Shown here: piece by piece, positions 44,587-52,406 of the stretch
Layout of the letters: each line of letters starts with the position of its first letter
Position numbering within the stretch: the stretch's first letter is position 1
Assembly: GCA_959600635.1 (NCBI GenBank)
Contig: CAUGMN010000003.1
Span: 6,527-70,526, forward strand
Reading direction: 5' to 3'
Length of the DNA stretch: 64,000 bases
Origin: an uncultured Eubacteriales bacterium
GTDB taxonomy: Bacteria > Bacillota > Clostridia > Oscillospirales > QAMX01
Notes under the pieces: generated by a model
Told to the model about the DNA's origin: nothing
What the model saw: the letters and a program-made list of their open reading frames with translations, nothing else
Database searches by the model: none
Program-made: the position numbers and the translations under genes

Positions 44587-45645
44587 TCATTTCAGCTCGT
44601 CAAAACCGATTTTTGTGATCTTGACGCCGCTGAGCGGCACGCCGGTATCGCCGCCGTGACAGTACGCGAGCAGCACGCCGTCGGCCCGCGGCAGAATGGC
44701 GGTATAGCAGCAGCCCGCCGACGGATCGTCTTCGATCGCCAGAGGCGGCCCAAAGGAAGCGCCGTTATCCGGCGAAAGCGCGCAGACGAGCGGCGTGCGC
44801 CCCCATGTGCGGGCCGTGTCGCGCCCCGTAAACTCGGGGATCGGGTTAAACACCGCCAACAGCCGCCCGTCGGTCAGACGCTTGACCGACATCGGCGCGC
44901 ACGGCGAGGTAAAAAACCGAGACGGCTGCGGCGGCGACCAGGTTTCGCCGCGGTCGCGGGAGAAAAAGACGAACTGGCAGCCGTGCCCCGTGCGGCCCCA
45001 GCCCCAGAGCGTCTCGCCGTCCAGCGCGCAGGCGCCCGACTCCTGCAAGCCCGTCCAGCTCTTTTCAAACGGCAGGCGGAGAATGGAGCGCGATTCGCGC
45101 CATGTCGCGCCGTCGTCGTCGGAGAGCAAAAAATGCCCTTCTCCGACCGCCGACACCGAATCCAATTCGCCGGCCGCGTGCAGGTTGGCGGGCATGACCA
45201 GCCGCCCGCACGCCAGCCGCACGACCCGGTCGTTGTTGACGACATAATAGCCGCCGCCCTCGATACAGCGGGCCGGCTCGCTCCACGTCTCCCCCTCGTC
45301 GCGCGAGCGCGCCAGCTCCGGGATACAGTCGGCGGGCGGCGTTTTGCGCAGAAAAACCATGCCGAGGTCGCCGTTTTGCAGCCGCAGCAGCGAAACGCTC
45401 ATGATGTTGGCGTCGCCGGAGCGCTTTTTCAGCAGCGTGCGCGGGCTGCCGAAATGCTCTCCGCCGTCTTCGGAGACGATCGCGGCAATCTCAGCCTCGC
45501 AGTGGTCGCCCCAGCCGCCGCCGGTGTAGCGCGTGTAGGCGAATAAAATCCGCCCGTCGCGCAGCTCGATAAACGCGCCCTCGCTGTTGCGCGGGTTGCC
45601 CGCCTGCGGGCGCAGAAAACAAATCTCGCGGCCGACCTTACGCAT
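44587..45645 (-). CDS. BNR/Asp-box beta-propeller, sialidase-like glycosidase
   Basis: Four Asp boxes (SRDEGETW, SDDDGATW, SRDRGETW, SPDNGASF). The start is trimmed to the ATG at 45645, which has an AAGGAG RBS. No signal peptide. Confidence 0.82.
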   Translation of the reverse strand: MRKVGREICFLRPQAGNPRNSEGAFIELRDGRILFAYTRYTGGGWGDHCEAEIAAIVSEDGGEHFGSPRTLLKKRSGDANIMSVSLLRLQNGDLGMVFLRKTPPADCIPELARSRDEGETWSEPARCIEGGGYYVVNNDRVVRLACGRLVMPANLHAAGELDSVSAVGEGHFLLSDDDGATWRESRSILRLPFEKSWTGLQESGACALDGETLWGWGRTGHGCQFVFFSRDRGETWSPPQPSRFFTSPCAPMSVKRLTDGRLLAVFNPIPEFTGRDTARTWGRTPLVCALSPDNGASFGPPLAIEDDPSAGCCYTAILPRADGVLLAYCHGGDTGVPLSGVKITKIGFDELK

Positions 45646-45931
45646 AAAAACGCTCCTTTTGTGCCCAATTTCGGATTTTTTCAACTTTTTTAACGCCAAA
45701 TGCGCAGAACGTCCCGCAGGGTTCTGCGCATTTGGGCTGTTGAATCGCGTATGGAAATCTAATCCCCCGCTGAAAAAAACGCTATGATAACCGCACAATG
45801 CCCCGTTCTCCGGCGGCCGCAAGCGCCCCATCTTTCCGGCTGAGAGCCTCGACAGCGCCAAGATGCGCTGAAAATGCGGTTTCTTTCGGGCGCGGCCGCG
45901 GCCCCTGTGCGCGGGGCTTTTCCCGGCCGGC

Positions 45932-47209
45932 TCAATAGACGTATTTTGAGGTATAGGTATATTTGCTGGAAAAATCGCCGATGTCCGGGTTGCCGGCGGC
46001 GTAGGTCGGATCCATGTGGTTCCACTTGGATCCGTCGAAGTAAATGACGCTGTTGACCCATCCCTGCCCCTCGACGTAAACGTTGATCCACGCGTGGTAC
46101 GCCGTGCCGCAGTAACCGACGACGAGCTTGGTCGGTATACCGAGGCTGCGGAGCATCGCCGACATCACTGCGGCATAGTCAAAGCAGATCCCCTTCTTTT
46201 TGACCAGAACGTCGTCGATGTTCGGCAGATAGCCGCTCTGCACCGTCGCGGCGCGGTCATAGTCATACGCGATGTTCTTGATGACATACTCGTAGACCGC
46301 GTCGACTTTTTCGAGCGTTCCGGATTTTCCCGCGGTCAGCTGCGCGGCGAGCTTGACGGCCTGACTGTTCGAGGTAAAATTGACGTATTGGTTGGCGTGC
46401 AGGAAAGCGGCGAAGGCGTTTTTCATTTTCACCGAGACCGTGGCCTTATACGCGGTCGAATACTTCGTCCCCGCTGTGTTCTGATACACGCCGATGGTAT
46501 AGCTCCCGTCGCCGTCCGAGAACGGGAAGACCTCGTAATTGCCCTTGTTGTTGAGATTATAGTTATAAGTCGTCCCGCTCGGGCCGGTGATCAGCACCTT
46601 GATGCGCGTATCGACGCCGCCGGTGTATTTGACCATCACATACCCCTCGGCCTTGTTCGATGCGTCTACGACCGCTTTCTCGTTGGAGTACACCTCGCTT
46701 CCGCCCGCCGTGCCGTCGCCGGGATCGATCGGCGTGTTGCCGAGAAACGGCGTCTCCATCGACATCGCCGCAGTCGTCGCAGGCGCGGCGGTGGTCTGCG
46801 GCGGCGCGGTCGTCGCGGGCGCAGCGGTGGTTCGCGGCGGCGCGGTCGTCGCGGGCGCGGCAGTGGTCGGCGGCGGCGTGGTCGCCGCGAGCGGCGTCGA
46901 GGTTTCATCCGTGATCTGCACCGGCGGCTCGGTCGTCACAGCCGTTTCGGCGGGCGACGTCTCTTCCGGGGTCGTCAGCGGCGGTTCTTCGGTCTGCGAG
47001 CCGGCCGTTTCGTCCGGCTTTCCGTCGTTGGGCGTCGTCGCCGGATCGCCCGCAGCGGGCGAGGAAACCGTCGTCTGCGCCGTGGTTTCCGGCTTATCTC
47101 CGGAAAAAGAGCAGGCCGCAAGCAGCGCGGCGGCCAAAGCCGCGAGCGCCGTCAAAGCGATCCGATTCCACGAAAGCGTTCTGCGTTTGGAAATTTCCTG
47201 GTTTTTCAT
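45932..47209 (-). CDS. transglutaminase-like (Cys-His-Asp) lipoprotein with a T/P/A-rich linker
   Basis: Lipobox LAALAAALLAAC; core KKGICFDYAAVMSAMLRSLGIP...GTAYHAWINVY...HMDPT. Confidence 0.85.
   Translation of the reverse strand: MKNQEISKRRTLSWNRIALTALAALAAALLAACSFSGDKPETTAQTTVSSPAAGDPATTPNDGKPDETAGSQTEEPPLTTPEETSPAETAVTTEPPVQITDETSTPLAATTPPPTTAAPATTAPPRTTAAPATTAPPQTTAAPATTAAMSMETPFLGNTPIDPGDGTAGGSEVYSNEKAVVDASNKAEGYVMVKYTGGVDTRIKVLITGPSGTTYNYNLNNKGNYEVFPFSDGDGSYTIGVYQNTAGTKYSTAYKATVSVKMKNAFAAFLHANQYVNFTSNSQAVKLAAQLTAGKSGTLEKVDAVYEYVIKNIAYDYDRAATVQSGYLPNIDDVLVKKKGICFDYAAVMSAMLRSLGIPTKLVVGYCGTAYHAWINVYVEGQGWVNSVIYFDGSKWNHMDPTYAAGNPDIGDFSSKYTYTSKYVY
46765..46875. repeat. 36-bp in-frame tandem repeat (about 3 copies) encoding TTAAPATTAPPx
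   Basis: GCGGCGGCGCGGTCGTCGCGGGCGC recurs at 46798 and 46834 (period 36 nt) inside the linker of the transglutaminase-like gene. Confidence 0.8.
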
Positions 47210-47254
47210 GGGTTCCTCCCTCCGCCCGCTTCAAAGCCACGGCGGGCGGATATT

Positions 47255-48319
47255 TTACGATATGCGGATTTTTTTCTGCAACAGTTCGAGGTTCACAGCG
47301 TGACGCAGCGCGGCGCTTTCGCTGATGATTCCGTTTTTATACAGCGCCAGAAGGCTCGCGTCCATCGTCGCCATGCCCTCCGCCGCCGAAGAGGCGATCA
47401 GCGTGTCGAGCTGGTGGATTTTGGCGTCGCGGATCATATTCCGCACGGCGTTGTTGGCGTGGAGAATCTCAAAAGCCGGATAAACCGCGCCGTCAAGCGT
47501 CGGGATCAGCTGCTGGGAAAACACCGATTGCAGCAGCATGGAGAGCTGAATGCGGATCTGCGGCTGCTGATTGGGCGGAAACACGTCGATGATGCGGTCG
47601 ATGGTGCTGGCCGCGCCGACAGTGTGCAGCGTCGAGATGACGAGATGCCCCGTCTCCGCCGCCGTCATCGCGGTCCTGATCGTCTCATAGTCGCGCATCT
47701 CGCCGACGAAGATGACGTCGGGCGCCTGCCGCAGCGCCGCCCGCAGCGCCGAGACGTAATTCTCGGTGTCCAGCTCGATCTCGCGCTGGCTGACAATGCT
47801 TTTTTTGTTGCGGTGCAGGTATTCAATCGGGTCTTCGAGCGTGATGATGTGGCCGCTGCGCGTCTCGTTAATGCGGTCGATGAGACAGGCGAGCGTCGTC
47901 GATTTGCCGCTTCCGGCCGAGCCGGTGACGAGGATCAGGCCCTTGGTGCGCTCGGCCGCGTCCATGACCGTTTCGGGGATATGCAGGGCGCGGTAATCGG
48001 GGATGCCGAACGAGACGACGCGGATGACCGCCGCCAGCGAGCTGCGCTGCTTATAGGCGCTGACGCGGAAACGCGAGAGCTTCGGGATCGAAAAGGAAAA
48101 ATCGTCGTCTCCTGTGCGCAGAAAGCGCTCCATATCGCGGCCGGCAAGCTGGTAGAGCTTTGTAATCAGCGCCTCCGAGCGGTCGGGCAGGATGCGCTCC
48201 TCCCCCTGCGGGGAAATCCGTCCGTTCTGCTTGAACGCCACGGGAAAACCGGCGACGATGAAAATATCCGACGCGCCGCTCCGGACGGCGCCGTCCAGCA
48301 TGGTCTGAATCTCGGTCAT
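47255..48319 (-). CDS. pilT: PilT-family type IV pilus (retraction-type) ATPase
   Basis: Walker A GSAGSGKSTT, Walker B DVIFVGEMRD, His box TGHLVISTLHT, and the PilT-specific AIRNLIRE-like motif AVRNMIRDAKIHQL; 354 aa. Confidence 0.88.
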   Translation of the reverse strand: MTEIQTMLDGAVRSGASDIFIVAGFPVAFKQNGRISPQGEERILPDRSEALITKLYQLAGRDMERFLRTGDDDFSFSIPKLSRFRVSAYKQRSSLAAVIRVVSFGIPDYRALHIPETVMDAAERTKGLILVTGSAGSGKSTTLACLIDRINETRSGHIITLEDPIEYLHRNKKSIVSQREIELDTENYVSALRAALRQAPDVIFVGEMRDYETIRTAMTAAETGHLVISTLHTVGAASTIDRIIDVFPPNQQPQIRIQLSMLLQSVFSQQLIPTLDGAVYPAFEILHANNAVRNMIRDAKIHQLDTLIASSAAEGMATMDASLLALYKNGIISESAALRHAVNLELLQKKIRIS

Positions 48320-48416
48320 AAAATGGTAACTCCTCTCTGAGCGCCGCGCCCGCCGTTTCGCCGGCGCACGCGCAGATCGATTTTTCTGCGGGGAACCGTA
48401 TCGCTTCGCCGTTTTT

Positions 48417-48854
48417 TCATTCGCCGTCCCAGAGCTTGATATCCGTATCCGGCGACCATGTGCCCGCGTCCGTCACGCGCAGGGCATCCACGGCAATCGC
48501 CCCGCCGCGCATGACGGCGCGGACGGAGAGCAGGCGTTTTTCGTCGATTGGCTCCGCCCATGTCATCACAACCGCGCCGTCCCGCTCCTCTGAGACCACG
48601 GCCTCGGGCAGCAATCTGCGAAACGTCTCCGGCTCGCGCGGTTGGATCGCCGCGACCGCGGCGAGCGTTTCATAGGCGCGCGCCTCGGCGGCGTAATACG
48701 CGGCCGTCGAATCGGCGGCGGCCTGCGCCAGCTTTTTCTCAGAATTCGCCGAAAGCAGCGTCAGGACCGCGAAGATCGTCATACACAGCACGGCGAACAC
48801 CGTCACAATCGTCGCGCTGCCGACATGCAGCTTCATCTCCCGTTTTTCCGTCAT
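48417..48854 (-). CDS. small N-terminally anchored protein (PilX/ComGG-like minor pseudopilin candidate)
   Basis: ATGA overlap with the upstream gene. MTEKREMKLHVGSATIVTVFAVLCMTIFAVLTLL gives a single N-terminal TM helix. The start is trimmed from the ORF-track 49028. Confidence 0.6.
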   Translation of the reverse strand: MTEKREMKLHVGSATIVTVFAVLCMTIFAVLTLLSANSEKKLAQAAADSTAAYYAAEARAYETLAAVAAIQPREPETFRRLLPEAVVSEERDGAVVMTWAEPIDEKRLLSVRAVMRGGAIAVDALRVTDAGTWSPDTDIKLWDGE

Positions 48855-49321
48855 CGCGCCGCCTCCCCCGTATAGCCGGACGCGGTGATCTCCATCAGCG
48901 GCCGCTCTTCGCCGCAGGCCGTCACGGAAACCGCCGCCGTCCGAACCGGAGACGCCGCCGCGCCGGCCGAGGGCCGCGCCGACAGCGTCAGCACATAGGC
49001 CGCTTCGGCCGCGCCGGTTATCCGCCACTGTTCGTCATAATAAATCCGCAGCGCAGCGCCGTTTTCATCCATTTCCGCGCCGAGCACAGCGGCGCAGCGC
49101 GCCAGATCGCCCGACTCGGCCTTAAAGCATTCGGCCGCCGACTGCGCCGACAGCGCAGCGCCGTTCAGCGCCGTACTCTCCGCCGTCATGCGCTTTGCCG
49201 ACGCAAACAGGCTCAGACACACGGCGGCGCAAAGCGAAAACACGCCGACGGCGACAATCAGCTCGATTAAAAACAGCGTCGTTTTGGAGCGTCCCGATCT
49301 CCTCATACTATGTCCTCTCAT
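48851..49321 (-). CDS. pseudopilin-like protein with a near-canonical prepilin N-terminus
   Basis: RSKTT/LFLIELIVAVGVFSL has Glu at +5 and a hydrophobic helix but Thr instead of Gly at -1. An alternative ATG lies at 49306. Confidence 0.65.
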   Translation of the reverse strand: MRGHSMRRSGRSKTTLFLIELIVAVGVFSLCAAVCLSLFASAKRMTAESTALNGAALSAQSAAECFKAESGDLARCAAVLGAEMDENGAALRIYYDEQWRITGAAEAAYVLTLSARPSAGAAASPVRTAAVSVTACGEERPLMEITASGYTGEAAR

Positions 49322-49799
49322 CCTGCGCGCCGACCGTTGCGACGAGCGCGGCCGCGCGGCCGCCGTTGCCCGTTACCGAAATCTCCAACAGGCCGTCGCC
49401 CGCCATTTGAAACGAAAGCCCCTCCGCAGGCGCGACGGCCTCGCCGTCCTCCGGCGAAAAGCGCAGCCCCGCCTCGGCGTACAGCTCGCAGAGGCTGCCG
49501 TCATGGCAGTAGATCGTCGTGACAAAGTCGATCCCGTCCAGCGTTTCGGTCATTTCCAGCGCCGCGCCGTCGCCGAACTGCGTGATACGGATCATGCCGC
49601 TGCCGTTATAGGCGCGCACGCGCGCCGTCAGATAGGCCAGCGTCGTCCGCTCTCCGAAGCGCGCGTCGATCTCGTCTACGGTGCGGCGGTAGACGTTGGC
49701 GCCCATCATCAGGCACAGCAGCACGCAGCCGGCGTAGACGCAGAAAAGGATCAGCGCCGCCGCCAAATCGACTGACGCCGTGTTTTGCGTTTTTCTCAC
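49308..49799 (-). CDS. small N-terminally anchored membrane protein of the pilus-like cluster
   Basis: GTG at 49799 with a GAAGGGGG RBS is preferred (ORF track: TTG at 49823, no RBS). Contains the TM helix VDLAAALILFCVYAGCVLLCLMMG. Confidence 0.55.
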   Translation of the reverse strand: MRKTQNTASVDLAAALILFCVYAGCVLLCLMMGANVYRRTVDEIDARFGERTTLAYLTARVRAYNGSGMIRITQFGDGAALEMTETLDGIDFVTTIYCHDGSLCELYAEAGLRFSPEDGEAVAPAEGLSFQMAGDGLLEISVTGNGGRAAALVATVGAQDERT

Positions 49800-49856
49800 T
49801 GCCGCCGCGCCCCCTTCACACAATGTCGACTGCCGCTGTACATGCCCCGCCGCTTG

Positions 49857-50165
49857 TCACCGTTTTAAAATCGTCACGTCCGGCATAATGTTGGAGGCAA
49901 ATACGCTGTACATCACGGCGTATTTTTCCTCGTCGACGCGCACGCCGTAATGCCGCTTCAAATATTCATAGCTCTCCGGATAGCTGCCCTCGACGGCGTA
50001 GCAAGTGACGACGGCGCGCCGGATGCTGTCATAGGCGGCGTTCAGCTCCGCCTCGGCGTTTTTCTCCGCCGCGTTCGACACGCCGACCAGCACGCAGGCC
50101 GCGACGACGGCAAACAGCAGCAGCGAGAGCAGGTTCTGCCAAAAGGTTCCGAATGCCTTTTTCAT
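49857..50165 (-). CDS. small N-terminally anchored protein, possible pilin-like subunit
   Basis: MKKAFG/TFWQNLLSLLLFAVVAACVLVGV has a basic N-terminus, then Gly, then a hydrophobic helix (class III signal-like, no Glu+5). GGAGGCGGAG RBS; starts 22 nt after the GspF-like stop. Confidence 0.6.
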   Translation of the reverse strand: MKKAFGTFWQNLLSLLLFAVVAACVLVGVSNAAEKNAEAELNAAYDSIRRAVVTCYAVEGSYPESYEYLKRHYGVRVDEEKYAVMYSVFASNIMPDVTILKR

Positions 50166-50187
50166 AGCCCTTTTCTCCGCCTCCGCC

Positions 50188-51213
50188 TCAAATCGCCGAC
50201 ATGATCGACATCAGCGGAATCATCACCGAAATCAAAATCGCCGCGACGAGCACGGTCATCACAATCACGATCGCCGGCTCAACGCGGGAGAGCGCCGCCT
50301 CGGTCTCCTCGGCGACCTCCTGCTCGCTGCGCCGCGCGATTTCCTCCATCACCGTATCGCCGCTGCCGGCGCGGATCCCGACGGCCAGCATCTGCGCGTT
50401 GAGCGGCGACAGCACGCCGCTCTTCGTCACCGCGTCGCCGAAGCTTTGCCCTTCGCCGCACAGGGACCGGCAGCGCCGGATCCTCGCGCGCATTTTCGCG
50501 TTGGCGGTCACGCGTTCGGCCATTTCCAGCGATTCCTCCATGTCGAGCCCGCCCGCCATCGTCATCGCCATTGCCGAGGCGAACTGCGCCGAGGCGACCG
50601 TCTTGCCGAGGTGGAAGGAAAACGTCAGGGAGCCGAATTTCCCGCGCACGGCCGGGACGCGTGCCAGAACCAGACCTGCGGCGAGCAGCCCCGCGAAGAT
50701 CAGCGCCGGGATTTCCCAGTTTCGGCTCAGCCCCTCGCCGAAGCGCAGAATCGAAACCGCCACCGGCGACATCGAGCCGCCGAGCTGCGCGAACACGTCC
50801 GCAAAGATCGGCATGACCTTTGTCACCAGCACGACGACGACAAACAGCATCATCACCAAAAGGATCGCCGGATAGACCACGGCGTTCCTCACCGTTTTGG
50901 AAATGCTCTCGCGGCGGTCATAGTAGCCGGAAAGCGCGAGCGTCACCGCTTCGAGCTTGCCGGTCTTTTCGCCGATATCGATCATGTCGAGCATATATTT
51001 CGGAAAAATCCCCGCGGCCGCGGCCGCGTCGGAAAAGCGCTCGCCCAGTTCAAGCTGCCCGCAGACGCCGGTCAGCGCGGCTTTGACCCGTTTGTCCCGC
51101 TCGTTTTCGGCGATCAGCGAAACGCCCTCGGCCAGCGGGATGCCCGCTTTTAAAATCAGCGAAAGCTCGTAGCAAAAGCCGGAGATATACGCCGGCGAGA
51201 GTGTCTTTTTCAT
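50188..51213 (-). CDS. type II secretion system F family platform protein (PilC/GspF/ComGB-like)
   Basis: 341 aa with two T2SSF-type repeats (KYMLDMIDIGEKTGKLE / PLNAQMLAVGIRAGSGD) and 3 TM segments. Confidence 0.85.
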   Translation of the reverse strand: MKKTLSPAYISGFCYELSLILKAGIPLAEGVSLIAENERDKRVKAALTGVCGQLELGERFSDAAAAAGIFPKYMLDMIDIGEKTGKLEAVTLALSGYYDRRESISKTVRNAVVYPAILLVMMLFVVVVLVTKVMPIFADVFAQLGGSMSPVAVSILRFGEGLSRNWEIPALIFAGLLAAGLVLARVPAVRGKFGSLTFSFHLGKTVASAQFASAMAMTMAGGLDMEESLEMAERVTANAKMRARIRRCRSLCGEGQSFGDAVTKSGVLSPLNAQMLAVGIRAGSGDTVMEEIARRSEQEVAEETEAALSRVEPAIVIVMTVLVAAILISVMIPLMSIMSAI

Positions 51214-51302
51214 AACGCGCTCCCTTTATCTTTCGGTTTCACGGGTTTAGGATCCCCTTTTCCAACCCTGACGGCCGCTTTGATTCCGCTCTCCCAGCCG
51301 GT

Positions 51303-52175
51303 CTATCCTTCGATCCGCTTGGCGTGAACGACAAAGCGGATCTGTTTGCCGGTATTGGTGCAGGTCGAAAGGGTGACGATCTCGTCGCCCGCGCCGACCG
51401 TTACGCCGGTATTGTAGGCGCTGCGCATGAGGATTTTGCTCAGATACGCCTCATACGCCGCATCGTCCTCAAAGGCGAACGTATAGGTGTCGCTGTCAGT
51501 CGTGACCTGATAGGCCGCAAAGATCTGGTATTTCTTCGTGCCCGCTTCGGTCATGATATAAAAATACGGGTTTGCGTCGTAATAGGCGCGGCTTTTGTAT
51601 TTGACGAGCGTGGCGAACATCTTGCCGTTTCCGGCGTTGTGCCCGTAGATGACGGCGTTGCGCCCGCCAAGCTCCGAGCGGTAGTCGAGAAAAATGCTGC
51701 CGAGCTTGCTGGATTTGTGGTTGTAGGTGGTTCGGAGGTATTCTTCGTTATCCTCGCCTTTTAAAAGCGGGTAGTTGATCGTCGTGCCCGACTGCCAGAT
51801 CCAGCCGCCGATGTCGGGGTTGACCGCTCGGAGCGCCGCCCAGTCCGGCGCAAAATCCGGCGCGGCCGGCGGCGGCGCGCTCGTCTCCGGCGGCGTCTCA
51901 GCCGTCTCCGGCTCCGATACCGTCCCGGACGGCGCGGTTCCGCCGCTTTCGTCTGTCTCCGTTTGCGGCGGCGCGGCAGTCGTATCCGGAGGCGAAGGTT
52001 CCTCACCGCTACCGGCGGGGGTGGTATAGATCAGAAACTGCTCCGCCGCGTCGTCGTAAATTTTTTCGTTTTCGCTGTATGTCGTCCAAATGCCGATCAG
52101 CTTCACCGCCGAGTAGCAAAATACCGCGGCGAACAGCGTCATCAGCGTCAGCCGAATGATTTTTCCCTTGTCCAT
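51303..52175 (-). CDS. class B sortase
   Basis: N-terminal TM anchor, P/T/E-rich linker, NPDIGGWIW...INYPLLKG, VIYGHN and TLSTC catalytic motifs typical of SrtB. Confidence 0.85.
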   Translation of the reverse strand: MDKGKIIRLTLMTLFAAVFCYSAVKLIGIWTTYSENEKIYDDAAEQFLIYTTPAGSGEEPSPPDTTAAPPQTETDESGGTAPSGTVSEPETAETPPETSAPPPAAPDFAPDWAALRAVNPDIGGWIWQSGTTINYPLLKGEDNEEYLRTTYNHKSSKLGSIFLDYRSELGGRNAVIYGHNAGNGKMFATLVKYKSRAYYDANPYFYIMTEAGTKKYQIFAAYQVTTDSDTYTFAFEDDAAYEAYLSKILMRSAYNTGVTVGAGDEIVTLSTCTNTGKQIRFVVHAKRIEG

Positions 52176-52339
52176 GCTTCTCCAATCAAATCCGCTGCAA
52201 GTCGGGCCGACCTGCCGGAAAAAGCCGTTTCTGTCGTTCCGCGTCCACGAGGGTTCGCAGGCTTGATCAACTCTATTATAGCATATTCAGCCCCAAAATG
52301 CTATCCGCCGCATTGAACCGTTTCCGAACTTTTCCACAG

Positions 52340-52378
52340 AAAAAACGAATCGGCGGGGAACATTTCGCTTCCCCGCCG
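52340..52378 (-). terminator. rho-independent terminator after the adhesin gene
   Basis: CGGCGGGGAA / TTCCCCGCCG stem followed by ATTCGTTTTTT on the minus strand. Confidence 0.75.
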
Positions 52379-52406
52379 GTTCGTTTATCTCAGCGCTTCG
52401 CGCAGA

